Source of the DNA: a virus
DNA: 64,000 bases
IMG/VR virus record: IMGVR_UViG_3300018481_000004
Location: 1 to 64,000 of that record
Strand: one strand, 5' to 3'
Under the pieces are notes generated by a model that made no database searches, was not told where the DNA came from, and worked only from the letters and a program-made list of their open reading frames with translations. The translations under genes and the position numbers were made by a program. Numbering within the stretch: position 1 is the stretch's first letter; each line of letters begins with the position of its first letter. Below, one piece after another: positions 50,024-58,174 of this stretch.

Positions 50024-50591
50024 GGGTTATCCACGCCTACGCGCTTTGCCGCCCCCAGTTGTCTACCCTCTCGACGCATGGGTAAAGATCGACGAAGCGG
50101 CGGCCTACATACGAAAAACTCCTGCCGCTCTGCGGATGGCGATCATGCGCAAGCGTATTGCGCCTGACGGTCGCGCTGCGAACGGAGCCGCCATGTTCAA
50201 GGTTGCGACTCTGGATGCATATCTGCGTGCAGGAACCTGCTATACAACGCGACACCATGTGGCGCCCTGGGAAGAGGATGAGCATGGAAAAGGCAGAGAA
50301 GAAGGCACCAAGAAGGAAAGGCAAGGCCACCCGCTTCCCGGGGATCAAGATGCTGGGAGGAGGCAGAGCCTCCATCCGCATCTACTACGTAAACCCGAAA
50401 AACAAACTGAGAGAGGAAGCGTTCTTCATCCGAGACGGGATTCAGAACGCACAGCAAGCGAACGAGTTGAAGGAGAGACTTCGCAAAGAGATTCTGGCGA
50501 AGCTCGAAAGCACTCCAGGCGAAATGCCGCGCTTGTCCACCTACGTGGAATCTTGGCTGCTGGACAAACAGAAGGTAAGCGCAGACGGTAA
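50022..50591 (+). CDS. Excisionase-like (MerR/Xis-type HTH) protein; 3-prime extent uncertain
   Basis: The N-terminal WVKIDEAAAYIRKTPAALRMAIMRKRIAPDGRAANGAAMFKVATLDAYL fits Xis-type HTH domains. The frame stays open about 300 nt into int, and that part looks non-coding. Confidence 0.4.
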   Translation: MGYPRLRALPPPVVYPLDAWVKIDEAAAYIRKTPAALRMAIMRKRIAPDGRAANGAAMFKVATLDAYLRAGTCYTTRHHVAPWEEDEHGKGREEGTKKERQGHPLPGDQDAGRRQSLHPHLLRKPEKQTERGSVLHPRRDSERTASERVEGETSQRDSGEARKHSRRNAALVHLRGILAAGQTEGKRRR

Positions 50592-51729
50592 GAAAAAGCC
50601 GCTCTCACCCAGCACCTTGGATCGCTACACAAGGACGTTAGCCCACTTCGTTCTCGACAAGCCGATCGGGAAGATGTTTCTCGATAAGATTACGAAGGCA
50701 GATGTGGAAGAGTGGAGAGACGATCAAAACGATGATTCAGCAGTCACGATCAACACGCGTCTTCGCCTTCTGAAGACGCTGTTGGCCGACGGGGCTGCTG
50801 ATTACGTGATTGCGGCGGGGAGTCCTGCTGCGCGCGTTCAGTTCCTCGCAGAGAAGAAGAAGTACACGCGCGAGAATCCGAACGCGTTGACGGCGTCCGA
50901 GCGTCGAGCGTTGCTCGATGGCGCGAAGGCGGTTCAACCCAAGTGGCACATCTTGATTCTCGTGCTTGCAACCACGGGCATGCGGATTGGTGAGGCCACT
51001 GCACTGCGCTGGGATGACGTGCTCTGGCCTGATCCGGAGAACGGCGAGCCAGGACGCATCCTCGTGCAACATGGCCAATATCGGGGTGTCCTGAAGGATC
51101 CCAAGACCGAAGGTTCTGTTCGTGATTGCTACGTGGGACCAGAGCACGAACTGTGGACTGCTTTGCGTCATCACCGTCGCTTCCTCGGAACCTGGACGCT
51201 GCACGCCAACCAGCGTGATGCGATTCTGGCGAAGAAGACGCCGCACGAGGTCAAGGCGCTCCAGGAGCACTATCGAGAGCTGGGCTGGGTCTTCCCGAAC
51301 AGCAAAGAGGGGAAGGACGCTCCAATCTTTACCTCGGTGCTGCGCAAGCCCTTGAAGCAGATCCTCGATTACCTGGAAGGGCTGGGAGAGGGGGTCACCA
51401 GTATCAACGTGCACGGGTTGCGACGAACCGTGAACACGTTGATGGACGGTGTCGTGTCTCCCGCGCAGCAGCGCCAGCAGATGGGGCACACGCAGCCGGC
51501 GACCAACCTTCTCTATGTCGCGCAGGTCGACGAGAAGCGCGTCGAAGCAAGCCGCGCGCTCGACGAATACATCCGCATCCAGGAGCAGAAGACTCTGCCG
51601 AAAAAGGCGGGACAAACGCCGGGACGCGCACCGGGACGCGCGACCCTATCAAGGGAGAGTGCGCAAGCGCACGCGCCAAGTGCACGGAAGCGTATCGTTT
51701 CCATGCAAACGGAAGAAGAGGTCGCCTGA
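50284..51729 (+). CDS. int: Tyrosine integrase
   Basis: TTGMRIGEATALRWDDV (Arg), HGLRRTVNT (HxxR) and MGHTQPATNLLYV (His..Tyr). ATG at 50284 follows GAAGAGGA. Adjacent to attP. Confidence 0.85.
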   Translation: MEKAEKKAPRRKGKATRFPGIKMLGGGRASIRIYYVNPKNKLREEAFFIRDGIQNAQQANELKERLRKEILAKLESTPGEMPRLSTYVESWLLDKQKVSADGKKKPLSPSTLDRYTRTLAHFVLDKPIGKMFLDKITKADVEEWRDDQNDDSAVTINTRLRLLKTLLADGAADYVIAAGSPAARVQFLAEKKKYTRENPNALTASERRALLDGAKAVQPKWHILILVLATTGMRIGEATALRWDDVLWPDPENGEPGRILVQHGQYRGVLKDPKTEGSVRDCYVGPEHELWTALRHHRRFLGTWTLHANQRDAILAKKTPHEVKALQEHYRELGWVFPNSKEGKDAPIFTSVLRKPLKQILDYLEGLGEGVTSINVHGLRRTVNTLMDGVVSPAQQRQQMGHTQPATNLLYVAQVDEKRVEASRALDEYIRIQEQKTLPKKAGQTPGRAPGRATLSRESAQAHAPSARKRIVSMQTEEEVA

Positions 51730-51788
51730 TGTTGCGACTTTTTCCCGACTCTGAGTCCGCAATCTCCGTGATCGTGCCCTTTCCATCA

Positions 51789-51812
51789 GGATCGGGACTT
51801 TTGCCGGGACTT
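51789..51812. repeat. Putative integrase arm-type sites (P arm)
   Basis: GGATCGGGACTTTT (51789-51802) and CGGGACTT (51805-51812). The same words recur at 52027-52048. Confidence 0.5.
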
Positions 51813-51827
51813 CGGCCCTCAGCGACG

Positions 51828-51861
51828 AAAAAACCCGGCTAGCGCTGCAACGCTAACCGGG
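51828..51861 (-). terminator. Rho-independent terminator downstream of the tRNA fragment (minus strand)
   Basis: On the minus strand CCCGGTTAGCG-loop-CGCTAGCCGGG is followed by TTTTTT (plus-strand A-run 51828-51833). The stem has one mismatch. Confidence 0.6.
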
Positions 51862-51883
51862 CGAGATCACACGAAAAAGTTCC

Positions 51884-51927
51884 GGAGCGGGACAAGGGAT
51901 TCGAACCCTCGACTTCGACCTTGGCAA
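51884..51927 (-). other. attP core: 3-prime half of a tRNA-Gly(GCC) gene
   Basis: The minus strand reads TTGCCAAGGTCGAAGTCGAGGGTTCGAATCCCTTGTCCCGCTCC. That covers the anticodon loop, T-arm and acceptor 3-prime strand of a bacterial tRNA-Gly(GCC). No matching 5-prime acceptor (GCGGGAC) or D-arm lies upstream. Confidence 0.65.
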
Positions 51928-52026
51928 CAAGGCAATCTCCCTCGGAACTACGCGACTAATCGAATCATTCCGTTACTTTAGGCGTCACAGGGCGCCACGT
52001 GGTGTAACGGGCTGTTTCGGTACTTT

Positions 52027-52048
52027 CGGGACTTGGATCGGGACTTTT
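52027..52048. repeat. Putative integrase arm-type sites (P-prime arm)
   Basis: CGGGACTT (52027-52034) and GGATCGGGACTTTT (52035-52048). Confidence 0.5.
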
Positions 52049-52144
52049 TCGGGGTCCCGCCGGGTCATGTAGCCGACGTGATAGTCCCTATTTTTATAGG
52101 GGCAAATCGCTCTCGGCGCTCGCGGTACCGGGGGATTTCGAAAA

Positions 52145-52765
52145 ATGGGACATTTGGGGGACGCGCAGCTCCGGGGGGAGCGGCGTGAGGAGCGGCGCTC
52201 CGTCGTAGGCAATCCGTTACACGAGGGGAGCGACCGAGCACCGGAGCGGCGTGAGGAGTGGCGTTCCGTCGTCGGCAATCCGTTGTACGAGGTGAGCAAC
52301 CGAGCGCGCGTCCGGTGGGCCAAGTCAGGCCGCATCAGGAAGCCGTGCCCCGACCATCGGGGGTACCCGAAGCTCTCGCTCGTCTGGCCGCACCATCGCC
52401 CGGAGAGCGGGCGCCGGCAGCGCAGCGTGTTCGTGCACGTCCTGGTCGCCGAGGCGTGGATCGGCCCGCGGCCGACTCCGACGCACCGCGTCCGGCATCG
52501 TGATGGTGTCAAGCAGCACTGCACGCCGGACAACCTCCTGTGGGGAACCCCGGTCGAGAACGAACGCGACAAGCGAGCGCACGGCACGTACCTGGCGGGC
52601 TCTCGAATGTACAACGCCAAGCTCGACCCGTCGCTCATCGAGCGAGCGCGGTCCCTGCTTGATTTGGGTCACTCGCTGCGCAAGGTCGCGCGCGAGCATC
52701 TGGGCGTCTGCCACTCGACCCTGTCCCGCGCGCTGCGCGGCCACACGTACCGGGAGGCCATCTGA
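52145..52765 (+). CDS. HNH homing-type endonuclease with NUMOD4 N-terminus and C-terminal HTH
   Basis: EEWRSVVGNPLYEVSNRARVRW (NUMOD4), HRDGVKQHCTPDNLLWGTPVEN (HNH_3-like) and a C-terminal LRKVAREHLGVCHSTLSRAL. Confidence 0.8.
   Translation: MGHLGDAQLRGERREERRSVVGNPLHEGSDRAPERREEWRSVVGNPLYEVSNRARVRWAKSGRIRKPCPDHRGYPKLSLVWPHHRPESGRRQRSVFVHVLVAEAWIGPRPTPTHRVRHRDGVKQHCTPDNLLWGTPVENERDKRAHGTYLAGSRMYNAKLDPSLIERARSLLDLGHSLRKVAREHLGVCHSTLSRALRGHTYREAI
52177..52308 (+). repeat. 66-bp tandem duplication (2 copies, about 86% identical) at the 5-prime end of the HNH gene
   Basis: Copy 1 is 52177-52242 and copy 2 is 52243-52308. Both start GGAGCGGCGTGAGGAG, and the duplication is in frame (22 codons). 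Confidence 0.8.
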
Positions 52766-54873
52766 TGGAGGCCGCTCACCAGCTCGCAGCGCCCGCACCC
52801 GCGCCGCGTAACCCTCGCGGTTGGGACACCGAGACCGCGCTGATCCAGGCCGGGCTCCTCGCCCCGCCGCTCGCCTGCCTCACCTGGACCGACGACCTCA
52901 CCAAGGACCCGGAGATCGTCCACCACGCGGACCCTGCCGCCAAGCGCATCGCCGAGGAGACGCTCTCTCAGCACAACGTCGCGGCGAACCTGGCCTACGA
53001 CCTGGGGGTCGTCGGCGCCAAGTGGCCGGACCTTCTCCCCCTCATCTTCGACTGCCTCGACGAGGGCCGCGGACATGACGTCTCCATGGCGCAAAAGCTC
53101 TGCGACATTGGCGAAGGTTGCTACCGGATCAAAGAGGTAGACGAGGGTTTGGACGAGCCCGTCTTCGTGTCGATGAAGTACGGATTGAGTGACCTACACA
53201 ATCGTCATTTCGGCGAGTTCTTGGAGAAGGATCAATGGCGACTTCAATACGGTAAGTTGCGCCATCTTCCCCTCAGCGAGTGGCACCCGGGAGCCATCCA
53301 CTACGCCAAGTACGACGCCCACGTTCATAAGAAGGTTTGGGGTGCGATTCTCGCCCAGAACCTGCGCGTCGACATCGACAGCTACCTGGTCACCGAGCCG
53401 TTCCAAACCAACGCGGCATTCTCCCTGCACCTCATCGCTTGCTGGGGCATCGCCACCGACTCCGCGGAGGTGACGCGCTTCCTCGCCCAGCTCTGGGAGG
53501 AGCAGCAAAAACGAAAGACGTTCTTGCAGAAATGCAATCTCGTCAAGTCCGACGGTAGCCGGACCCTGAAGTACGCCAAGGACCTGATGGAGGCGGCAGC
53601 GGGCGACAACCGTGTGCTGACCCCCAAAGGGCTCGACCTCTACCGCGACTGGTGGACCGCCATGAAGAAGGCGAACCAGCTCACGGACGAGCGCAAGCTG
53701 GCCGAGAAGCGAAGGCTCTGGAAGGAAGGCTACGTCTCGCTCTCGGCCGACGCGTGCATGCTCGCCGGCAACGACACGCTCATGGAGTTCGCGCGCTACG
53801 GCCAATTCCAGACCCTCATCTCGAAGGTCTCGAAGCTGCGCACGAACGGGTACCCGATCCAGACCAGCTTCGAGCCGATGCTCGAGACGGGACGCGCGTC
53901 GAGCTTCTCTTCGAAGATCATCCCGAACAGCGTCGCGATCCTCAACCTCCCGCGTAAGCCCGGCATGCGCGAGTGCTTCATCCCGCGCAACTCTGGGATG
54001 CACATCCCAGAGGAAGAGCGCCGCATCTTCATCGCGGCGGACTTCGGCATGGCAGAGCTCGTGAGCCTCGCACAGGTTTGCTACGTCCTCTTCGGCGAGT
54101 CCCGGCTCCGTGATGCCCTCAACGCCGGAATCGATCCGCACCTCGACTTCGCGGCCACGATGCTCGGCATCACCTACGAGGAAGCGCTCGTGCGCAAGCA
54201 CGAGGAGTTGATTGCCGAGCACCGGCAGATGGCCAAGCCGTTCAACTTCGGCAAGCCTGGGGGTCTCGGCATTGACACGTTTATCTTGTTCGCACGCGCC
54301 CAGTACAAGGTGAAGTTCGGCAAGACGCCCGCGGAGGCATACGAGAAGGTCAAGGGCTTCACCAAGCTCTACTTCAAGAAGTGGCCTGAGGTGCGCGAAT
54401 ACCTCAACTTCATCGGCGAACAGTGCTCTCGTGATCCCGACAATCTCTGCGACATCCGCTCGTACGGCAGTGGAATGCTCCGGGGCCGGATGCAGTACCC
54501 GGTCGCGAGTAACCACCAGTTCCAGCACCTGACCGCGATGGGCTTCAAGTCCGCGCTCAACGCCGTGCAGCGCCGCTGCTACGTCGGCGAGAAAACCCCG
54601 AGTGGGTACATTCACACGCATCTCTACGGTAACCGTGTCGTCGCGCCCGTGCATGACGAGGTCGTGCTGGAAGCGCGCGAGATTGATGCGGACGAGATCG
54701 CGAACGAGCTGCGCGCCGTGATGCGCGAGCGCTACCGGCAGTTCACGCCCGACGTGGAGATCGACGTCGAAGCCGCAGCGATGCGCCGCTGGCGCAAGGG
54801 CGCCAAGCCCGCCTTTCACAACGGGCGTTTGATCCCCGTCGAAGACAAACACCTGTACGAGAGGGCAGCATGA
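52765..54873 (+). CDS. Family A DNA polymerase with 3-prime-5-prime exonuclease domain
   Basis: Exo motifs are WDTETAL, NLAYDLGV and YAKYDA. Pol motif A is IAADFGMAELVSLA, motif B is RQMAKPFNFGKPGGLG and motif C is VAPVHDEVVLE. Confidence 0.9.
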   Translation: MEAAHQLAAPAPAPRNPRGWDTETALIQAGLLAPPLACLTWTDDLTKDPEIVHHADPAAKRIAEETLSQHNVAANLAYDLGVVGAKWPDLLPLIFDCLDEGRGHDVSMAQKLCDIGEGCYRIKEVDEGLDEPVFVSMKYGLSDLHNRHFGEFLEKDQWRLQYGKLRHLPLSEWHPGAIHYAKYDAHVHKKVWGAILAQNLRVDIDSYLVTEPFQTNAAFSLHLIACWGIATDSAEVTRFLAQLWEEQQKRKTFLQKCNLVKSDGSRTLKYAKDLMEAAAGDNRVLTPKGLDLYRDWWTAMKKANQLTDERKLAEKRRLWKEGYVSLSADACMLAGNDTLMEFARYGQFQTLISKVSKLRTNGYPIQTSFEPMLETGRASSFSSKIIPNSVAILNLPRKPGMRECFIPRNSGMHIPEEERRIFIAADFGMAELVSLAQVCYVLFGESRLRDALNAGIDPHLDFAATMLGITYEEALVRKHEELIAEHRQMAKPFNFGKPGGLGIDTFILFARAQYKVKFGKTPAEAYEKVKGFTKLYFKKWPEVREYLNFIGEQCSRDPDNLCDIRSYGSGMLRGRMQYPVASNHQFQHLTAMGFKSALNAVQRRCYVGEKTPSGYIHTHLYGNRVVAPVHDEVVLEAREIDADEIANELRAVMRERYRQFTPDVEIDVEAAAMRRWRKGAKPAFHNGRLIPVEDKHLYERAA

Positions 54874-55499
54874 CTGAAACTCAAAATGAGATGGTCACGC
54901 TTGCCGAGGTGCCTGTTTCGGCAACGACGTCGCTTGCGGTTTTGAAAGCCGAGGAGGTGGAGGCACGAAGCATCCGCCAGGAGTTCGCGGCTCTCACCAT
55001 CAACTCTCAAGAGGATATCGAGTTCGCCAACGAACTCCTCCGAGACGTCAAGGCAAAATGGGAAGTGCTCGAGGAGCGCCGAACGCGGATTACAGGCCCC
55101 CTCAACAAGTCCCTGCGTGAGACCAATGCTCTCTTTCAGCCAGCTCTCAAGCTTCTCAGCGAATGCGAGAGGGTACTCAAAAGCAAAGTCGCGGAGGGAA
55201 TTAAGGAGCTCAAAAGGCTACAAACGGAGTCGTTGCGGCTCATCGCGCAGCAGTCGCGCTCCGGAGATCTCGATGCGGCCAGAGCGACCATGCTTCGGAT
55301 GCCCGATGCGCGGTTACCTGAGAAAACCAACGTGCGCGAGAAGCTCGACTTCGAAGTGATCAGCCTGTTCGATGTCCCCGAGGAGTTCTTGGCCATCGTG
55401 GTGAACGTCGAAGCAGTAGAGGCAGCCTTAGACAACGGCGTGAGGGTTATTTCAGGGTTGCGAATCTTCCCGCGGTCGATCGTGACGGTACGCAAGTGA
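54870..55499 (+). CDS. Hypothetical coiled-coil protein
   Basis: 209 aa. An alternative in-frame ATG at 54891 would leave the CTGAAACTCAAAATGAGATGG box (54874-54894) in the 5-prime leader. Confidence 0.6.
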   Translation: MTETQNEMVTLAEVPVSATTSLAVLKAEEVEARSIRQEFAALTINSQEDIEFANELLRDVKAKWEVLEERRTRITGPLNKSLRETNALFQPALKLLSECERVLKSKVAEGIKELKRLQTESLRLIAQQSRSGDLDAARATMLRMPDARLPEKTNVREKLDFEVISLFDVPEEFLAIVVNVEAVEAALDNGVRVISGLRIFPRSIVTVRK

Positions 55500-55933
55500 G
55501 GCGCTCCCTCATACGAACCAGCTTGAGCTGGCTGCGATCGCGCCTGCACGCATGGGCATTCGGTTGCATTCGGTGGTGGCATGTAGGTGTGCTGAGGGTT
55601 CGGCACGATCGCTACGTCGCGCAGCTGGCACCAAGCGATCTCGAGGCCGCACAAATCGCCATCCGGAGAGTCGCGGAGGCCCGCTTATTCCCTCCGGACT
55701 GCGTCTCTGCAGGGGTCGTCCGCGGAGGCCCTGCGCTGATCTTCCGGCACGACGGAGCTGTGGAGATCTTCATCGGCACCAGTTACGACCATGCCGCGGA
55801 GAAGCTGCTGCAATGGTTTCGCGAGGAACGATCTGCGGGCGAAGCTCCACAGACACGGAAAACGACACGTCTGAATCGCGCGACGCGTCGCGCATGGGGA
55901 AGCAACAAGCGGAAGGGACAAGCGGATGGCTGA
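55496..55933 (+). CDS. Hypothetical protein
   Basis: 145 aa. GTG overlaps the upstream stop. Confidence 0.45.
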   Translation: MRRSLIRTSLSWLRSRLHAWAFGCIRWWHVGVLRVRHDRYVAQLAPSDLEAAQIAIRRVAEARLFPPDCVSAGVVRGGPALIFRHDGAVEIFIGTSYDHAAEKLLQWFREERSAGEAPQTRKTTRLNRATRRAWGSNKRKGQADG

Positions 55934-56186
55934 TCCACTTCAGAGGCAGGTCGGCGGCGGCCACTACAAGGGTCTGGCGATCCAACCGATTACGTACATC
56001 TTCGCGAATGGCCTCGGGTTCGCGGAGGGCAACGTGATTAAATACGTCACACGGTGGCGAGCGAAGAACGGCATCGAAGATCTGAAGAAAGCGCAGCACT
56101 ACCTGGAGCTCCTCATCCAGCAGGCGCAATCTGAAGAGGCCGAATCGCCCGTCAGGAGAGGCGCAGAGGCAGCTGAAAGAGGCTGA
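55926..56186 (+). CDS. DUF3310-family phage protein
   Basis: GGGHYKGLAIQPITYIFANGLGFAEGNVIKYVTRWRAKNGIEDLKKAQHYLELL matches the DUF3310 pattern. Confidence 0.7.
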   Translation: MADPLQRQVGGGHYKGLAIQPITYIFANGLGFAEGNVIKYVTRWRAKNGIEDLKKAQHYLELLIQQAQSEEAESPVRRGAEAAERG

Positions 56187-56218
56187 CCAGCTGCCAGGGA
56201 GTTGATTCGTTTTATCCA

Positions 56219-56431
56219 ATGAATACCGTGGAGGCGGCCATGTCAGCGGAGCAGCTCAGTTTCCATCTCGTTCAACTCTCGCAAAATCAGGCATTGCTGA
56301 CGGAAGACGAGGCTGCCTACGTCCAATCCGTGGAGTTCTGGCTCGCCTCCGGTGAAGCAGTCACGGAAGCGGAGCAGGTACGCATCCAGGCTATTTACGA
56401 AGCGCTTGAACAGAGGCAGTTTTCAGGGTGA
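56219..56431 (+). CDS. Small acidic hypothetical protein
   Basis: 70-aa ORF. Confidence 0.45.
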   Translation: MNTVEAAMSAEQLSFHLVQLSQNQALLTEDEAAYVQSVEFWLASGEAVTEAEQVRIQAIYEALEQRQFSG

Positions 56432-56438
56432 TGCGCCG

Positions 56439-56765
56439 ATGGAAACTGCCGTCCGGGACTTAGTTGTGGCTGCCCGAAACTGGGCGGAGGCGCGCGAACG
56501 GTGCCGAACGCTTGCCGATAGCAAGCGTGCAGATCCTCAAAAATTGGAGAAAGCCAAGCGACAGCTATCCCGTCATTCGGATACGCTCTTCAAGGCCGTC
56601 AAGCGATTCGAAACGTTCTTGCGCAAAAAACCAAAGAGTCGTAATAAGCCCGTGGACTGGAACGTTGTTTTTGGCGCGGTGGGAGAGCTCGCAAAGGCGT
56701 TCGATGCGTCAAGCGCTCGGTCACCGGATGCCATATACATTGACACCGCCGGTGAAGAAGTTTGA
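56439..56765 (+). CDS. Hypothetical protein
   Basis: An in-frame ATG at 56439 gives METAVRDLVVAARNW.., 108 aa. Confidence 0.5.
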   Translation: METAVRDLVVAARNWAEARERCRTLADSKRADPQKLEKAKRQLSRHSDTLFKAVKRFETFLRKKPKSRNKPVDWNVVFGAVGELAKAFDASSARSPDAIYIDTAGEEV

Positions 56766-56849
56766 ATACGCGGATGCCCGGCCAGTCTGAGTTTGAAAGC
56801 TGAAGCTGAAGCTGAAGTTGAAGTCGCAAAAGGCTGAGGAGGAGAAGCT

Positions 56850-57311
56850 ATGGGCCGCCCATCGACTCTGGACCGTTGGACCGCAGAAGAGTTGCAATCG
56901 CTTGAAAAGATGGCTCTCAAGGACTCCAGCAAAGACGCGATGGAAGTCGCTCGGCTTTTTGTGGAGAAGTACCCGACTCGGACGCTCGATGCTGCAAAAC
57001 AGCGCGTCTTCAAGATACGCCGCGAGCAGAAGGGCGTCCCGCCGAGGATCAAAGGCGTCTCGCAGGGCGCCTCCGCCAAGACAGCGCCTCCGCCAAGACA
57101 ACAGGCCAAGCCCGCGGCGCCTGACGTAGCGCCCGAAGCGCCTGTGTCAAAAGCAGCAGTGAGCGTTGCAACACCCACGGCGAAGAGATCACTCTCGCCA
57201 GATCCCGAGAACGCGGAGTGGGTGGTGATCGAGACTCGGAACGGCCACAAGGTCAGAGGCACGCCGGAAGCTGCTGCAAAGGCGGTGCAAGCACTCGATC
57301 GCACCGCCTGA
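56850..57311 (+). CDS. Myb/SANT-like HTH protein
   Basis: RWTAEELQSLEKMA..KDAMEVARLF resembles a SANT/Myb repeat. GAGGAGGAG SD. A (GCTGAA)n hexamer run lies upstream at 56799-56826. Confidence 0.55.
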   Translation: MGRPSTLDRWTAEELQSLEKMALKDSSKDAMEVARLFVEKYPTRTLDAAKQRVFKIRREQKGVPPRIKGVSQGASAKTAPPPRQQAKPAAPDVAPEAPVSKAAVSVATPTAKRSLSPDPENAEWVVIETRNGHKVRGTPEAAAKAVQALDRTA

Positions 57312-57425
57312 CAAGCGCGTTCCAAACTCAAACTCGCTCCACCCCCCGAAACTGACGCTGGACCTTGCGCGATCTGCGCGGAGGTGCTCTCTACTGCCTC
57401 AGAAGGCTGAAAGAGGGGGCGTCTC

Positions 57426-58115
57426 TTGGAAGAAGCTGAGCCGATCGACTTTGAAGCAGTTCGCCGCGTAGAGGAGCGCTGGTTCACCCCAACGCGTACC
57501 CGTGAGGAGAAGCTTCAGCGGTACGGAGAAGGCCCGTGGATAGATGAGTCTGATGAGCTCGAAGGCTGGCACATGGGCTTGCGTTTCCTTGTGCTCCGGA
57601 TGCCTGGCACAGGCGTTTTGAACGGCTATGTGGAGATTCCTCCGCAACATCCCTGGAGCGTGAGACCCGAGTTCACGCGGGCGCAGATCGTGATTCACGG
57701 CGGTCTCACATACGCGCGACACGAATACCCGGGATTCGGCAAAGCGCTCCGAAAAACGCGCGCTTTGTGGGTGGGGTTTGATACCGGCCATGCAGGAGAC
57801 CTCCAGCCGGGGCTCGCGAGCGCTATCCAGATTTTTCGCGACTTCGGCTACACCTACAAGGATCTCAACTGGGTCGCAGAGCGGTGTCGAGTGCTCGCGG
57901 AGAAGATCGCAGTGGAGCCTGGGTGGCGCGCCAGGCGTAAAGCGTTGCCGCAAGCGAGGACACGCCGACAGCGTAAGCAGCTCGATGTAAAGCTTGCGTT
58001 GGCACAGCGTCGGCGGCGTATGAGCAAGCTTGAGGTGGACAGGTTGGCTCTGTTTTTGCGGGATATCATGGCGATTGAAGACGACGGTCCCATGCGGGTG
58101 GCGCAGTCGCACTAG
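57426..58115 (+). CDS. Hypothetical phage protein
   Basis: 229 aa with GYVEIPPQHPW, VIHGGLTYA and WVGFDTGHAGD, a motif set I recall only from uncharacterised phage proteins. TTG start. Confidence 0.55.
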   Translation: MEEAEPIDFEAVRRVEERWFTPTRTREEKLQRYGEGPWIDESDELEGWHMGLRFLVLRMPGTGVLNGYVEIPPQHPWSVRPEFTRAQIVIHGGLTYARHEYPGFGKALRKTRALWVGFDTGHAGDLQPGLASAIQIFRDFGYTYKDLNWVAERCRVLAEKIAVEPGWRARRKALPQARTRRQRKQLDVKLALAQRRRRMSKLEVDRLALFLRDIMAIEDDGPMRVAQSH

Positions 58116-58174
58116 GTGAAGGTTCCCTTCTCTCGTGATAGCTTCGGCGCAGGCTGAGGACGAGGAGAAGAGAA

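Noticed and set aside
51884-51960. Complete tRNA-Gly gene on the minus strand
   Set aside because: Only the anticodon loop to the 3-prime end is present. The upstream sequence cannot form the acceptor 5-prime strand or D-arm, so it is treated as an attP core rather than a tRNA gene.
51730-52144. Prophage/host junction (attL or attR)
   Set aside because: Clearly phage-type genes (int on one side, HNH and family-A polymerase on the other) flank the site with the same box motifs and composition. No host DNA boundary is evident.
56799-56826. (GCTGAA)3-GTTGAA hexamer microsatellite as a functional element
   Set aside because: It is short and lies in a 5-prime leader next to a box and an SD. It was noted but there is no evidence of function beyond simple slippage.
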